From NCBI GenBank assembly GCA_041586955.1, contig JBFGZE010000041.1, positions 1 to 26,671 on the forward strand: 26,671 nt of DNA, written 5' to 3'. This document shows, in pieces, positions 1-7,915 of the stretch. The notes under the pieces are model-generated. The model was not told the origin of the DNA and did not search any database. It worked only from the letters and a program-made list of their open reading frames with translations. The DNA comes from Bacteriovoracaceae bacterium (GTDB lineage: Bacteria; Bdellovibrionota; Bacteriovoracia; Bacteriovoracales; Bacteriovoracaceae). The first letter of the stretch is position 1. Each line of letters opens with the position of its first letter. The position numbers were made by a program, and so were the translations under genes.

Positions 1-134
1 GAACCCCGAATAAAATCCTTAGAAATAATCAATTCCACATCATGCTGTAAGCGTATATCGGAATAGGCCTGGCCCTGCCCTGCGGTCAAGATCACAGTGA
101 AAATAATGAGCATGGTAAATTTCTTCAGTTCCAA
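1..134 (-). CDS. Partial (5' end only) exported hypothetical protein, runs off the left edge
   Basis: Hand-translated from TTG at 134: MELKKFTMLIIFTVILTAGQGQAYSDIRLQHDVELIISKDFIRG..., open to the edge. Signal-peptide-like N-terminus and GGGGAG SD upstream. Not in the ORF track. Confidence 0.65.
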   Translation of the reverse strand, partial: MELKKFTMLIIFTVILTAGQGQAYSDIRLQHDVELIISKDFIRG

Positions 135-145
135 TGGACTCCCCC

Positions 146-174
146 ATGACAATTTACAAAAATTGTACCATACT
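146..174 (+). promoter_or_regulatory. Candidate sigma70 promoter for argS
   Basis: ATGACA (146-151), 17 bp spacer, CATACT (169-174), upstream of the GTG start at 210. Confidence 0.35.
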
Positions 175-209
175 ATGAGCACTTTAAAATTCGAGCCTAA
201 GGGGGGCCC

Positions 210-1976
210 GTGCAGCGAACAATCCATGCTATAAAATTTGAATTGGCAAGTACAATCTATCAGTCCGTCTGCCAGCAATTTGATTCCCTGCCATTCTCCA
301 CAGAGGACATTTTCAAATTTTTAACCACCCCTCCATCCCTGGAAATGGGTCATTTCGCCTTCCCTTGTTTTCCATTGGCCAAGGCCTTAAAAAAGTCGCC
401 CGTTCAAATCGCCGGAGAAATCAAAGAACTGATTGGTGACCACCCGTTAATCGCCGAAATTATTTCACAAGGGCCCTACCTCAATTTTCGTCTCAATTTG
501 GCACAGGTCGCTGAAAAAACCATTAATCATATTATTGACGGCTCAACTTTCAATGGCCCATTGGTGGAAACACCCCAAAAAGTCATGATTGAATATTCCC
601 AACCTAATACCCATAAAGTTCTCCATGTAGGACATATGAGAAACCTATGTCTCGGTAACGCTCTCGTGCGCCTCCTACGCTATACCGGCGAAGATGTTTT
701 GGCCGTGACTTATCCTGGAGACGTGGGGACTCATGTGGCAAAATGCCTATGGTTTCTCAAACATCATTTAAACGAAGAATACCCCTCCTCCCACCAGGGG
801 GCCTGGCTTGGTCAAATTTATACCAAGGCCAATGCCCTTTTAGAGGATCAATTAGGCACAAGTAAAGAAGAGCAAAATCGCTCTGAACTGACGGCAATTC
901 TCAAAGAATTGGAAAGTGGCCAAGGAGAATATTTCGACCTTTGGCAAGAAACTCGAAAATGGTCTCTCGAATTAATGCAAGAAAGTTATGATTGGGCCGA
1001 TGTGGAGTTCGATCGTTGGTTTTTTGAATCAGAAGTTGACGCTCCCTCTCTGACCTTCGCTCACGAACTCTATAAGGCCGGTAAATTAATTAAGGATCAG
1101 GGTGCCATTGGTATGGATCTCTCACCAGAGAAATTGGGATTTTGCCTCTTGGTTAAATCTGATGGCACAGGACTTTACGCCACCAAAGATGTGGAATTGG
1201 CCAAAGTCAAATTCGAAGAATTCGGTGTCCAGCGCAATATTTATGTCGTTGATGATCGTCAGGCCTATCACTTTAAACAAGTATTTAAAGTGCTCGAAAA
1301 AATCGGCTTTGAACAGGCCAAGGATTGTTACCACCTCCCTTATGCCATGGTAGAGTTAAAAGATGGTGCCATGAGCTCACGCAAAGGTAATATCATTCCT
1401 TTAATGGACCTCGTGGCACAAATGGAAAACGCGATTAAAGAGCGTTACCTTAAGCGCTACCTTGAAGAAGAAACGGAAGGCTGGAGCTTAGAGCTCGTGG
1501 ATCATACCGCGAAAATAATTGCCAATGGTGCCATTAAATATGGCATGTGCCGTATGGATAATAACCGTAAAATCGTCTTTGATATGGATGAATGGTTAAA
1601 ATTAGACGGTGAGACAGGGCCCTATTTGCAATATGTCCATGCCCGCATCTTTAGCCTGGTTCAAAAAATTAAAATTGATGAATCTCAAGTCAATTTCTCG
1701 CAATTAACCACGCCACAAGAAGAGGCACTTTTAATTAAGCTCACCCAATTTAATGAAGTGGTGGTTCAAAGCGCAACCCAAATGAAAACCATTAATTTAT
1801 GCAGTTACCTCTACGAATTAGGAAAATTATTTAATTCTTTCTACGCCGAGTGCTCCATTGCCAAAGCGGAAAATGAGACCCTCAAGGCGAATCGTTACCA
1901 ATTGGCCCTGGCCTGTGGCAAAGTCATGAAAGAAGGACTCGCCCTCCTAGGTATTGAGGCCCCTGAAAAAATGTAA
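210..1976 (+). CDS. argS: Arginine--tRNA ligase
   Basis: 588 aa. EYSQPNTHKVLHVGHMRN (HIGH motif), AMSSRKGN (KMSKS-like), GETGPYLQYVHAR, C-terminal LLGIEAPEKM typical of ArgRS. Confidence 0.97.
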   Translation: MQRTIHAIKFELASTIYQSVCQQFDSLPFSTEDIFKFLTTPPSLEMGHFAFPCFPLAKALKKSPVQIAGEIKELIGDHPLIAEIISQGPYLNFRLNLAQVAEKTINHIIDGSTFNGPLVETPQKVMIEYSQPNTHKVLHVGHMRNLCLGNALVRLLRYTGEDVLAVTYPGDVGTHVAKCLWFLKHHLNEEYPSSHQGAWLGQIYTKANALLEDQLGTSKEEQNRSELTAILKELESGQGEYFDLWQETRKWSLELMQESYDWADVEFDRWFFESEVDAPSLTFAHELYKAGKLIKDQGAIGMDLSPEKLGFCLLVKSDGTGLYATKDVELAKVKFEEFGVQRNIYVVDDRQAYHFKQVFKVLEKIGFEQAKDCYHLPYAMVELKDGAMSSRKGNIIPLMDLVAQMENAIKERYLKRYLEEETEGWSLELVDHTAKIIANGAIKYGMCRMDNNRKIVFDMDEWLKLDGETGPYLQYVHARIFSLVQKIKIDESQVNFSQLTTPQEEALLIKLTQFNEVVVQSATQMKTINLCSYLYELGKLFNSFYAECSIAKAENETLKANRYQLALACGKVMKEGLALLGIEAPEKM

Positions 1977-1991
1977 CCCTCCCTCATCCCT

Positions 1992-2022
1992 CAGAGTCAT
2001 ACTCATATGGAGTATGACTCTG
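1992..2022. terminator. Perfect 13-bp hairpin between convergent argS and nsrR, probably a terminator
   Basis: CAGAGTCATACTC-ATATG-GAGTATGACTCTG. No immediate strong U-tract. Confidence 0.55.
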
Positions 2023-2079
2023 GGCAAGTTTTCGCATATTGCTCAGTTTTTTAGGAAAGTTATCAGGGTTCGTTGTGGA

Positions 2080-2469
2080 TTAAACAAGGTCTTTAATTTT
2101 ATACTTTTTAAGTTCACCCAAAAATGCCGATGTCGCTTTAGACAACATGCCCTTCAATTTACAATGAGGCTCGAGCGTACACGTATTACTTTCCGGGTCA
2201 AAGCACTCCACAATTTCAAAACTTTCAACTTGTGAAATAAGTTCCGCGAGAGTTCTGTTTTGAGCACCTGGGTTGAACTCAATCCCCCCCTTTGGCCCTT
2301 GGCTACTGTGAATATATCCAAGTTCGGAAAGCTTATTAACAGCAACGCTTAAATGATTTTTAGAGATATTGTAACTATCTGCAATATCTTGGATTCTCAC
2401 CTTGCCTTTATTGCGCTGCAGATAGATGAGGACTCGAATACAATAATCTGTTTTTGTTTTTAAACGCAT
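2080..2469 (-). CDS. nsrR: Rrf2-family NO-sensing transcriptional repressor (NsrR-like)
   Basis: MRLKTKTDYCIRVLIYL N-terminus, wHTH with QGPKGG, three Cys in VECFDPESNTCTLEPHCKL. Divergent from qNor-ric. Confidence 0.85.
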   Translation of the reverse strand: MRLKTKTDYCIRVLIYLQRNKGKVRIQDIADSYNISKNHLSVAVNKLSELGYIHSSQGPKGGIEFNPGAQNRTLAELISQVESFEIVECFDPESNTCTLEPHCKLKGMLSKATSAFLGELKKYKIKDLV

Positions 2470-2501
2470 ATTTATTTGTACAATTATCTTTATTATTTAC
2501 A

Positions 2502-2524
2502 AAGATATTTTTAAAATATATTAA
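2502..2524. promoter_or_regulatory. Candidate NsrR operator in the nsrR/qNor divergent intergenic region
   Basis: AAGATATTTTT-A-AAATATATTAA resembles the 11-1-11 NsrR consensus AAGATGYATTT-N-AAATRCATCTT. The background is very AT-rich, which weakens the match. Confidence 0.45.
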
Positions 2525-2564
2525 TATAATTAATAAATATGATTAACCGTTTAGTGAGGGTGTT

Positions 2565-4838
2565 ATGAAAAAGTATTGGTTATTGTTAGTCATTGTTCTT
2601 ACCGGGACATTTACAATCTTAGGGTTTTTTGGAAATGAAGTTTACAAACAGGCACCTCCGATCTATCGCTATTTAAAAACTGATACGCATGGCGTAATAC
2701 ACACTCAGGAAGATATTCTAGATGGCCAAACCATATGGCAATCAATTGGTGGTCAACAAATAGGCTCAATTTGGGGCCATGGTGCATACCAGGCCCCTGA
2801 TTGGACTGCAGACTGGCTGCATAGAGAACTCGTTAATTATCAAGAGATATATGCTCTCGAACATTTCAATAAAAATTTTGAGGATACATCGACCCAACAA
2901 AAAATGATGATTAAGGCCTCTATGCTGGAAGATTATCGACACTCAAAACTCGTTAATGACTCGGTTACCCTTTCAAAGACTAGGTACCAAGCATTTTTAA
3001 AAACAAAGAAATACTATCTCAGTCTTTTTAGTAATTCGCCCGAATTAAGAGATACAAGAAAGGCCTATGCTATTCATGAAGAAGTTCTACCTTCCTTGGA
3101 AAAACGTGAAAAAATGATGGCGTTTTTTCATTGGTCAACTTGGGCGGCATCTGCAAATAGACCCGGACAAAAACACACTTATACAAATAATTGGCCCCAC
3201 GAGCCTTTAATAGACAATATACCAACAAGTGAAAATATATTTTGGTCTATCATTTCGGTCATTTTATTATTGGCCTCAATTGGATTTTTGGTTTGGTTTT
3301 ACGCATTTAAAAAGGAAGAAGATGAGACCAGTCTAAAACTTCCAGAAACTGATCCCTTACAGAATTTCAGCTTAACACCTTCAATGAAATCGTTATGGAA
3401 ATACTGGGCAACAGTTATTCTTCTCTTTATTTTACAGATCGGTCTCGGTGGAATTCTTGCCCATTATACTGTAGAGGGACAGGATTTTTATGGAATCCCA
3501 ATATCAAAACTGCTTCCTTATACCTTAGCGAGAACTTGGCACATTCAACTGGCCCTATTCTGGATTGCGACCTCATTTCTTGCGGCAGGACTTTTTATCG
3601 CACCAATAATAAACGGTGGAAAAGATCCTAAATACCAAAAATTTGGAGTTAATTTTTTATTTGGGGCATTACTAGTCGTTGTTTTGGGCTCTCTAACTGG
3701 AGAGGCATTAGCTATTCATCAATTGCTTGACCTCAATTTAAGCTTTTTGTTTGGCCATCAAGGGTATGAATATGTGGACCTTGGAAGAGTCTGGCAAATA
3801 TTACTTCTAGTTGGATTGGGAGTGTGGCTTCTTTTGATGTTGAGATGTATTGCTCCTGCGTTAAAGTGGGCGAAAGATACAAAGCAACTTTTACTCCTCT
3901 TTGCGGCATCAACAATTGCGATCGGTTTGTTTTATGGAGGAGGACTCTTTTATGGCGCCAGGACGCACATAAGTATAATGGAGTTTTGGAGATGGTGGGT
4001 TGTTCACCTTTGGGTTGAAGGTTTTTTCGAAGTTTTTGCTACAGTAGCACTTGCATTTATATTTGTAACGCTTGGATTAATTAAACCTAAATCCGCAACT
4101 AAAGCATCCCTTCTTTCTACCTCTATCTTTTTAATAGGTGGAATCCCTGGAACCTTCCATCATCTTTACTTTAGTGGAACACCCTCCTCAATCAGTGCAA
4201 TTGGTGCGTGTTTTTCGGCCCTTGAAGTTGTTCCGCTTGTCTTAATTGGGTTTGAAGCATTTCATACCTTTAAAATACAAAAACTAACAAGTTGGACCAG
4301 AAATTATAAATGGCCCATTACCTTTTTTGTAGGAGTGGCCTTTTGGAACTTACTTGGTGCTGGAATATTTGGCTTTTTAATTAATCCTCCAATTGCACTT
4401 TATTACTTACAAGGTTTAAACACCACTGCAGTTCATGCACATGGTGCTACGTTTGGAGTCTATGGTCTTTTATCTTTAGGTTTAATCATTTTTATCGTGC
4501 AAACAACATTTAATAAAAGGCAATGGAACGATAAAGTCATGAGCTTTGCGTTCTGGGGAATGAATATTGGGCTTGTCCTGATGATTGTTTTAAGCCTACT
4601 CCCAATTGGCATGATTCAATTTTGGGCATCTTTAGAATCTGGACTTTGGTACGCGAGAGGTTCAGAAGTAATGCAATCCAATCTCATACAAAACTTAAGA
4701 TGGCTTAGAGCAATAGGTGATGTCATATTTGCAGCAGGTGCCTTGGCATATGCACTCGCCGTCTTAGATAAGGCGGGGATTTATAAAATCAAGGTGGCCG
4801 ATAAAGAAATTAATCGTGAATTGGCCTTAGAAAACTAA
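2565..4838 (+). CDS. norB: Quinol-dependent nitric oxide reductase (qNor, NorZ/NorB type)
   Basis: 757 aa polytopic membrane protein. GSIWGHGAYQAPDWTADWLH, RTWHIQL, WWVVHLWVEGFFEVF, GTFHHLYF, SALEVVPL, HAHGA: heme b/b3 and FeB ligands and conserved Glu present. Confidence 0.96.
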   Translation: MKKYWLLLVIVLTGTFTILGFFGNEVYKQAPPIYRYLKTDTHGVIHTQEDILDGQTIWQSIGGQQIGSIWGHGAYQAPDWTADWLHRELVNYQEIYALEHFNKNFEDTSTQQKMMIKASMLEDYRHSKLVNDSVTLSKTRYQAFLKTKKYYLSLFSNSPELRDTRKAYAIHEEVLPSLEKREKMMAFFHWSTWAASANRPGQKHTYTNNWPHEPLIDNIPTSENIFWSIISVILLLASIGFLVWFYAFKKEEDETSLKLPETDPLQNFSLTPSMKSLWKYWATVILLFILQIGLGGILAHYTVEGQDFYGIPISKLLPYTLARTWHIQLALFWIATSFLAAGLFIAPIINGGKDPKYQKFGVNFLFGALLVVVLGSLTGEALAIHQLLDLNLSFLFGHQGYEYVDLGRVWQILLLVGLGVWLLLMLRCIAPALKWAKDTKQLLLLFAASTIAIGLFYGGGLFYGARTHISIMEFWRWWVVHLWVEGFFEVFATVALAFIFVTLGLIKPKSATKASLLSTSIFLIGGIPGTFHHLYFSGTPSSISAIGACFSALEVVPLVLIGFEAFHTFKIQKLTSWTRNYKWPITFFVGVAFWNLLGAGIFGFLINPPIALYYLQGLNTTAVHAHGATFGVYGLLSLGLIIFIVQTTFNKRQWNDKVMSFAFWGMNIGLVLMIVLSLLPIGMIQFWASLESGLWYARGSEVMQSNLIQNLRWLRAIGDVIFAAGALAYALAVLDKAGIYKIKVADKEINRELALEN

Positions 4839-4857
4839 TGAATTCAGGAGTTGCATT

Positions 4858-5520
4858 ATGGAATTAAATGGAAAAAGTACTTTAGGGGAATGGGCATCCA
4901 CCTCGCCAGGGGCAAGCGCTGTATTTATCAAAAATAGTTTTGATTTTTGTTATAAAGGTTCTCAATCGCTGGAGGAATCTTGCAAGGCCAAAGGAGTAGC
5001 GGTTGAAAAAGTCATTGAACAAATTAAGGAATATTCTAAAGGTAAGGACCTCCTTACCTGGAATTCTTTGGAATTAGAGCAAATGATCGATAAAATTCTC
5101 GAACGATTTCATCATAAACATCGTCAAGATTTAACCATCTTAATTCCCCTTGCGAGGAAAGTAGAATCTGCTCATATGGATAATAAATATTCACCTCAGG
5201 GATTAGCGTTTTTTTTAGAGAAGTTATTGTTTGAACTTGAGTCACATATGAAAAAAGAAGAACAAATTCTTTTTCCATTGATTAAATCAGGCCAAGGACA
5301 AATGTCGCTTGGACCCATTAACATGATGATATATGAGCATGTCGGACATGGTGAAAACCTTGCTCAGCTAAAAGCACTCGCAAAAAACTATAAATTGCCT
5401 GAGAATGCTTGCGAAAGTTGGGTCACGCTCTATCAAGGAGTGTCCACTCTTGAACGAGAAATCATGGAGCATATTGCAATAGAAAACAATGTATTATTTC
5501 CAAAAGCATTAAATGGATAA
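4858..5520 (+). CDS. ytfE: Iron-sulfur cluster repair di-iron protein (Ric/YtfE/ScdA), with a variant N-terminal motif
   Basis: 220 aa. ScdA_N-like domain (DFCYKG instead of DFCCGG) and hemerythrin ligands in RFHH, HMKKEEQILFP, EH, HIAIENNVLFP. Confidence 0.93.
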   Translation: MELNGKSTLGEWASTSPGASAVFIKNSFDFCYKGSQSLEESCKAKGVAVEKVIEQIKEYSKGKDLLTWNSLELEQMIDKILERFHHKHRQDLTILIPLARKVESAHMDNKYSPQGLAFFLEKLLFELESHMKKEEQILFPLIKSGQGQMSLGPINMMIYEHVGHGENLAQLKALAKNYKLPENACESWVTLYQGVSTLEREIMEHIAIENNVLFPKALNG

Positions 5521-5524
5521 GTGA

Positions 5525-5550
5525 GGGCGAGAAAGGTTTTCTCTTCGCTC
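5525..5550 (+). terminator. Imperfect hairpin immediately after ric
   Basis: GGGCGA...TCGCTC outer stem, or alternative GAGAAA-GGT-TTTCTC. No U-tract. Confidence 0.3.
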
Positions 5551-5585
5551 CCCCAGCATAAACGAAAGAGAAATCACGTTTTGAT

Positions 5586-5603
5586 AATCACATAAGTGTG
5601 ATT
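5586..5603. promoter_or_regulatory. Palindromic operator-like site upstream of the small CCGGCS ORF
   Basis: AATCACA-TAAG-TGTGATT, perfect 7-bp arms. Confidence 0.35.
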
Positions 5604-5668
5604 GAAATAACTCAAGATATAACGCAAATAAAAAGATAGCTTGATTGGAGCTAAAATAAGGAGTCTCT

Positions 5669-5776
5669 ATGAATAATGAAAAAAAAGATGAGTCAGAAAA
5701 AGAAAAAGGGCCACTAACAGAAAATAAGGAAATCGTAGAAGAAACAAATGATGGCTGTTGTGGAGGCTGTAGCTAA
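5669..5776 (+). CDS. Small acidic peptide (35 aa) with C-terminal CCGGCS, resembling CCGSCS-motif proteins
   Basis: MNNEKKDESEKEKGPLTENKEIVEETNDGCCGGCS*. SD AAGGAG ends 5 nt before ATG and a strong terminator follows. Below the ORF-track size cutoff. Confidence 0.75.
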   Translation: MNNEKKDESEKEKGPLTENKEIVEETNDGCCGGCS

Positions 5777-5812
5777 TTAATTTTTTTCTTACCCAAAAAG
5801 AAAGTTACAGGA

Positions 5813-5848
5813 TAAAAGAGGGACCTATATCAAAGGGTCCCTCTTTTA
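5813..5848. terminator. Rho-independent, potentially bidirectional terminator
   Basis: TAAAAGAGGGACC-N10-GGTCCCTCTTTTA, 13-bp stem with A/T tracts on both sides. Confidence 0.8.
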
Positions 5849-6018
5849 AACGAGAAATTATGGCCAATAAAAGTTTCACTAGATAGTCACTACCTCTAAT
5901 ATAAACAAAGTTAATTTTAATAGTCACATGTCTCCAAACAGAATTTGATTACAACAATGTCACTACAATGAATGGTCAAGAATCTGCATATTCGCTAGTC
6001 CCTAAAGAGACAGAGCTT

Positions 6019-6039
6019 ATGTTGGTAAATTACCAACAT
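6019..6039. promoter_or_regulatory. Perfect 10-1-10 palindrome, probable transcription-factor site
   Basis: ATGTTGGTAA-A-TTACCAACAT. Confidence 0.4.
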
Positions 6040-6209
6040 CACTTACTTGATATACCCGATATGAAATACTTTTAAGTCAGATCAAACTAAAACACGCCAT
6101 TGTAAAATCATTGAGTTAAACGCTAGTCGCCCCTTTGCGAAGGCCGTGCTAGTGACCGTTATCAATAGATAATTACTCCTTGCCAGCAAGAATAATAATG
6201 ATAACATAC

Positions 6210-6237
6210 TTAACAAAGTTAACTATTAACTAGGTTA
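6210..6237. promoter_or_regulatory. Tandem TAAC-N3-GTTA palindromes, probable MarR autoregulatory operators
   Basis: TTAAC-AAA-GTTAA (6210-6222) and TTAAC-TAG-GTTA (6226-6237) just before the marR ATG. Candidate promoter TTGCCA (6180) ... TGaTAACAT (6199-6207) lies upstream. Confidence 0.5.
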
Positions 6238-6242
6238 CGCAT

Positions 6243-6686
6243 ATGAATAATTCAAATATTTCACAATTAATTTTTAGAGTCGTGCCAAATTTCATGAGTA
6301 ATGTTAGGTGCTATATAAAGGATGCAAGCGGGCCTAACTTGGGTTTTACGCAATTTCGAATATTAGCAAATATCGATAGAGGTACCAATACGGCAAAGCA
6401 GATCGCTGAACTTCATGGAGTCTCTCAGCCAGCAATATCGAAGACAGTAGAAACTCTCGTGAGTGAAGGGTTTCTTACCCGTCACCAAAACAAGAATGAT
6501 AGACGATGCATAAAACTTAAACTTACCGGAAAAGGTAATAAAGAAGTAAACGGTATTAAATCTGATGCAAGCAAGTTATTTGAGGCCAAGCTAAATTTAT
6601 TAAATAAAAAAGAAAAATTAGAGCTCGTATCGGCCCTTCAGTGCCTAGAGTCATTTCTTGTCAAAATACAGGAGGATAAATCTTGA
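6243..6686 (+). CDS. MarR-family transcriptional regulator
   Basis: 147 aa. QFRILANI...AKQIAELHGVSQPAISKTVETLVSEGFL...DRRCIKLKLTGKG wHTH. Confidence 0.92.
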   Translation: MNNSNISQLIFRVVPNFMSNVRCYIKDASGPNLGFTQFRILANIDRGTNTAKQIAELHGVSQPAISKTVETLVSEGFLTRHQNKNDRRCIKLKLTGKGNKEVNGIKSDASKLFEAKLNLLNKKEKLELVSALQCLESFLVKIQEDKS

Positions 6687-7915
6687 AAGGTAAATCGCTT
6701 CTAAGTCTATTAGTTCTTTCTCTTCCCGTTTATGCGTCAGTTGACGAACTATTTTTAAAATCATTGGACAGTTCAAAAAATGTTGAAATCATTAACCTGA
6801 CTAAAAAAAAGACTCTTTCGGATCTTAAGAATAAGTCATCGGCGCTATTTCCATCTATTAACCTGGTTAATACCAATAAATATGGGAACAATGGAATTAA
6901 CTCAGCATCTAAAAAAGATGAAATTGATTCCCAAGTCGCACTTTCACTTCAACATAAACTATTTCAAGGTGGTGCGGAGTTCATCTTAAATGACTATAAG
7001 AAAATTATACCAAGGCAGGCATTCAGTCAGCAGCAAGAAAGCATTGCGCAGTACTATGGTGAATTTACCTCCCTCTATTTCCAAGTAACATCATATGTGG
7101 AAGAAAAGCAAACAATAGAAGCTCTTTTGAAAAATTTAAGAAAAAGAGTTGAGATTGTAAAATCGAGAACACAAATTGGTAGAGATAGAAAAGCAGACCT
7201 CTACGCACTAGAATCTCAACTCTATCGTTTAGAGGCGGATCTTTATGCCAGTGAAGCTCAATTAAAATCAGCTCGAATTAATTTTTTAAATTATTCAGGC
7301 CTCCCTAGTACTATAAAGATTGAAGACGACACCGACCCTATGACACTGATACTGTCAGGGGACGTTGAATTGGAAAAAAGGCCAGAGCTCAAAAAACTAC
7401 AGCTTAAAGTCGAGAGTTCTAGACTCGAGGCAAGAATGGAAAAAGCTTCTTACTATCCTCAAATTGATTTCGCTTCAAATTATTATTTAGGTAAAAGCGG
7501 CTTAGGTCGTAATGATTGGGATATAAGTATTAATGTTAGATTGAACCTTTTAGATTTTGGCAAAAGGTCTTCGAGTGTTCAAAGCAAAAATATTGCTGCT
7601 TCTATTAATCAAGCTCGATATGATCATTTAACATTAAATACACACAGGAGATGGAGTGAATTTGTAAAAAATTTTGAATCTAAGAAAAATGAACTTGCGA
7701 CCCTTAAAAAAGCTTTAAGCAGAAGTCGAAATTCATTTCATGAGCAACTTAAAGATGTTAAACGAGGCCTGGTAACTCAGATTGAAGTCATTAGATCTTT
7801 AGATGATGTCATCGGTTTAGAAAAATTAGTAATTAAGTCAGCTCTAGGAGTGAAGTCACTTTACTATCAAGCTAATGCTTATCTTGGAAAGTATCCTAAA
7901 GGTAAAAATATATGA
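6683..7915 (+). CDS. TolC-family outer membrane efflux protein
   Basis: 410 aa, TTG start overlapping the marR stop. Signal peptide and two OEP repeats (LFPSINL...LFQGG; YYPQIDF...LLDFG). Confidence 0.85.
   Translation: MKGKSLLSLLVLSLPVYASVDELFLKSLDSSKNVEIINLTKKKTLSDLKNKSSALFPSINLVNTNKYGNNGINSASKKDEIDSQVALSLQHKLFQGGAEFILNDYKKIIPRQAFSQQQESIAQYYGEFTSLYFQVTSYVEEKQTIEALLKNLRKRVEIVKSRTQIGRDRKADLYALESQLYRLEADLYASEAQLKSARINFLNYSGLPSTIKIEDDTDPMTLILSGDVELEKRPELKKLQLKVESSRLEARMEKASYYPQIDFASNYYLGKSGLGRNDWDISINVRLNLLDFGKRSSSVQSKNIAASINQARYDHLTLNTHRRWSEFVKNFESKKNELATLKKALSRSRNSFHEQLKDVKRGLVTQIEVIRSLDDVIGLEKLVIKSALGVKSLYYQANAYLGKYPKGKNI

Noticed and set aside
2029..2056. dif/pdif-like site at the left island edge (TTTTCGCATAT resembles a XerC arm)
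   Set aside because: No XerD arm (TTATGTTAAAT) at the 6-bp spacing.
2565..4838. NO dismutase (Nod) rather than qNor
   Set aside because: HLWVEGFFE, GTFHH and SALE retain the canonical FeB His and catalytic Glu residues that are substituted in Nod.
5669..5776. Methanobactin/RiPP biosynthetic cluster around the Cys-rich peptide
   Set aside because: No MbnB/DUF692, radical SAM, YcaO or peptidase-transporter gene in the window.
5577..6210. Fur-box-like stretches (TGATAATCA near 5582, ATAATGATAA near 6195)
   Set aside because: Only about half of the 19-bp consensus matches, in very AT-rich DNA.
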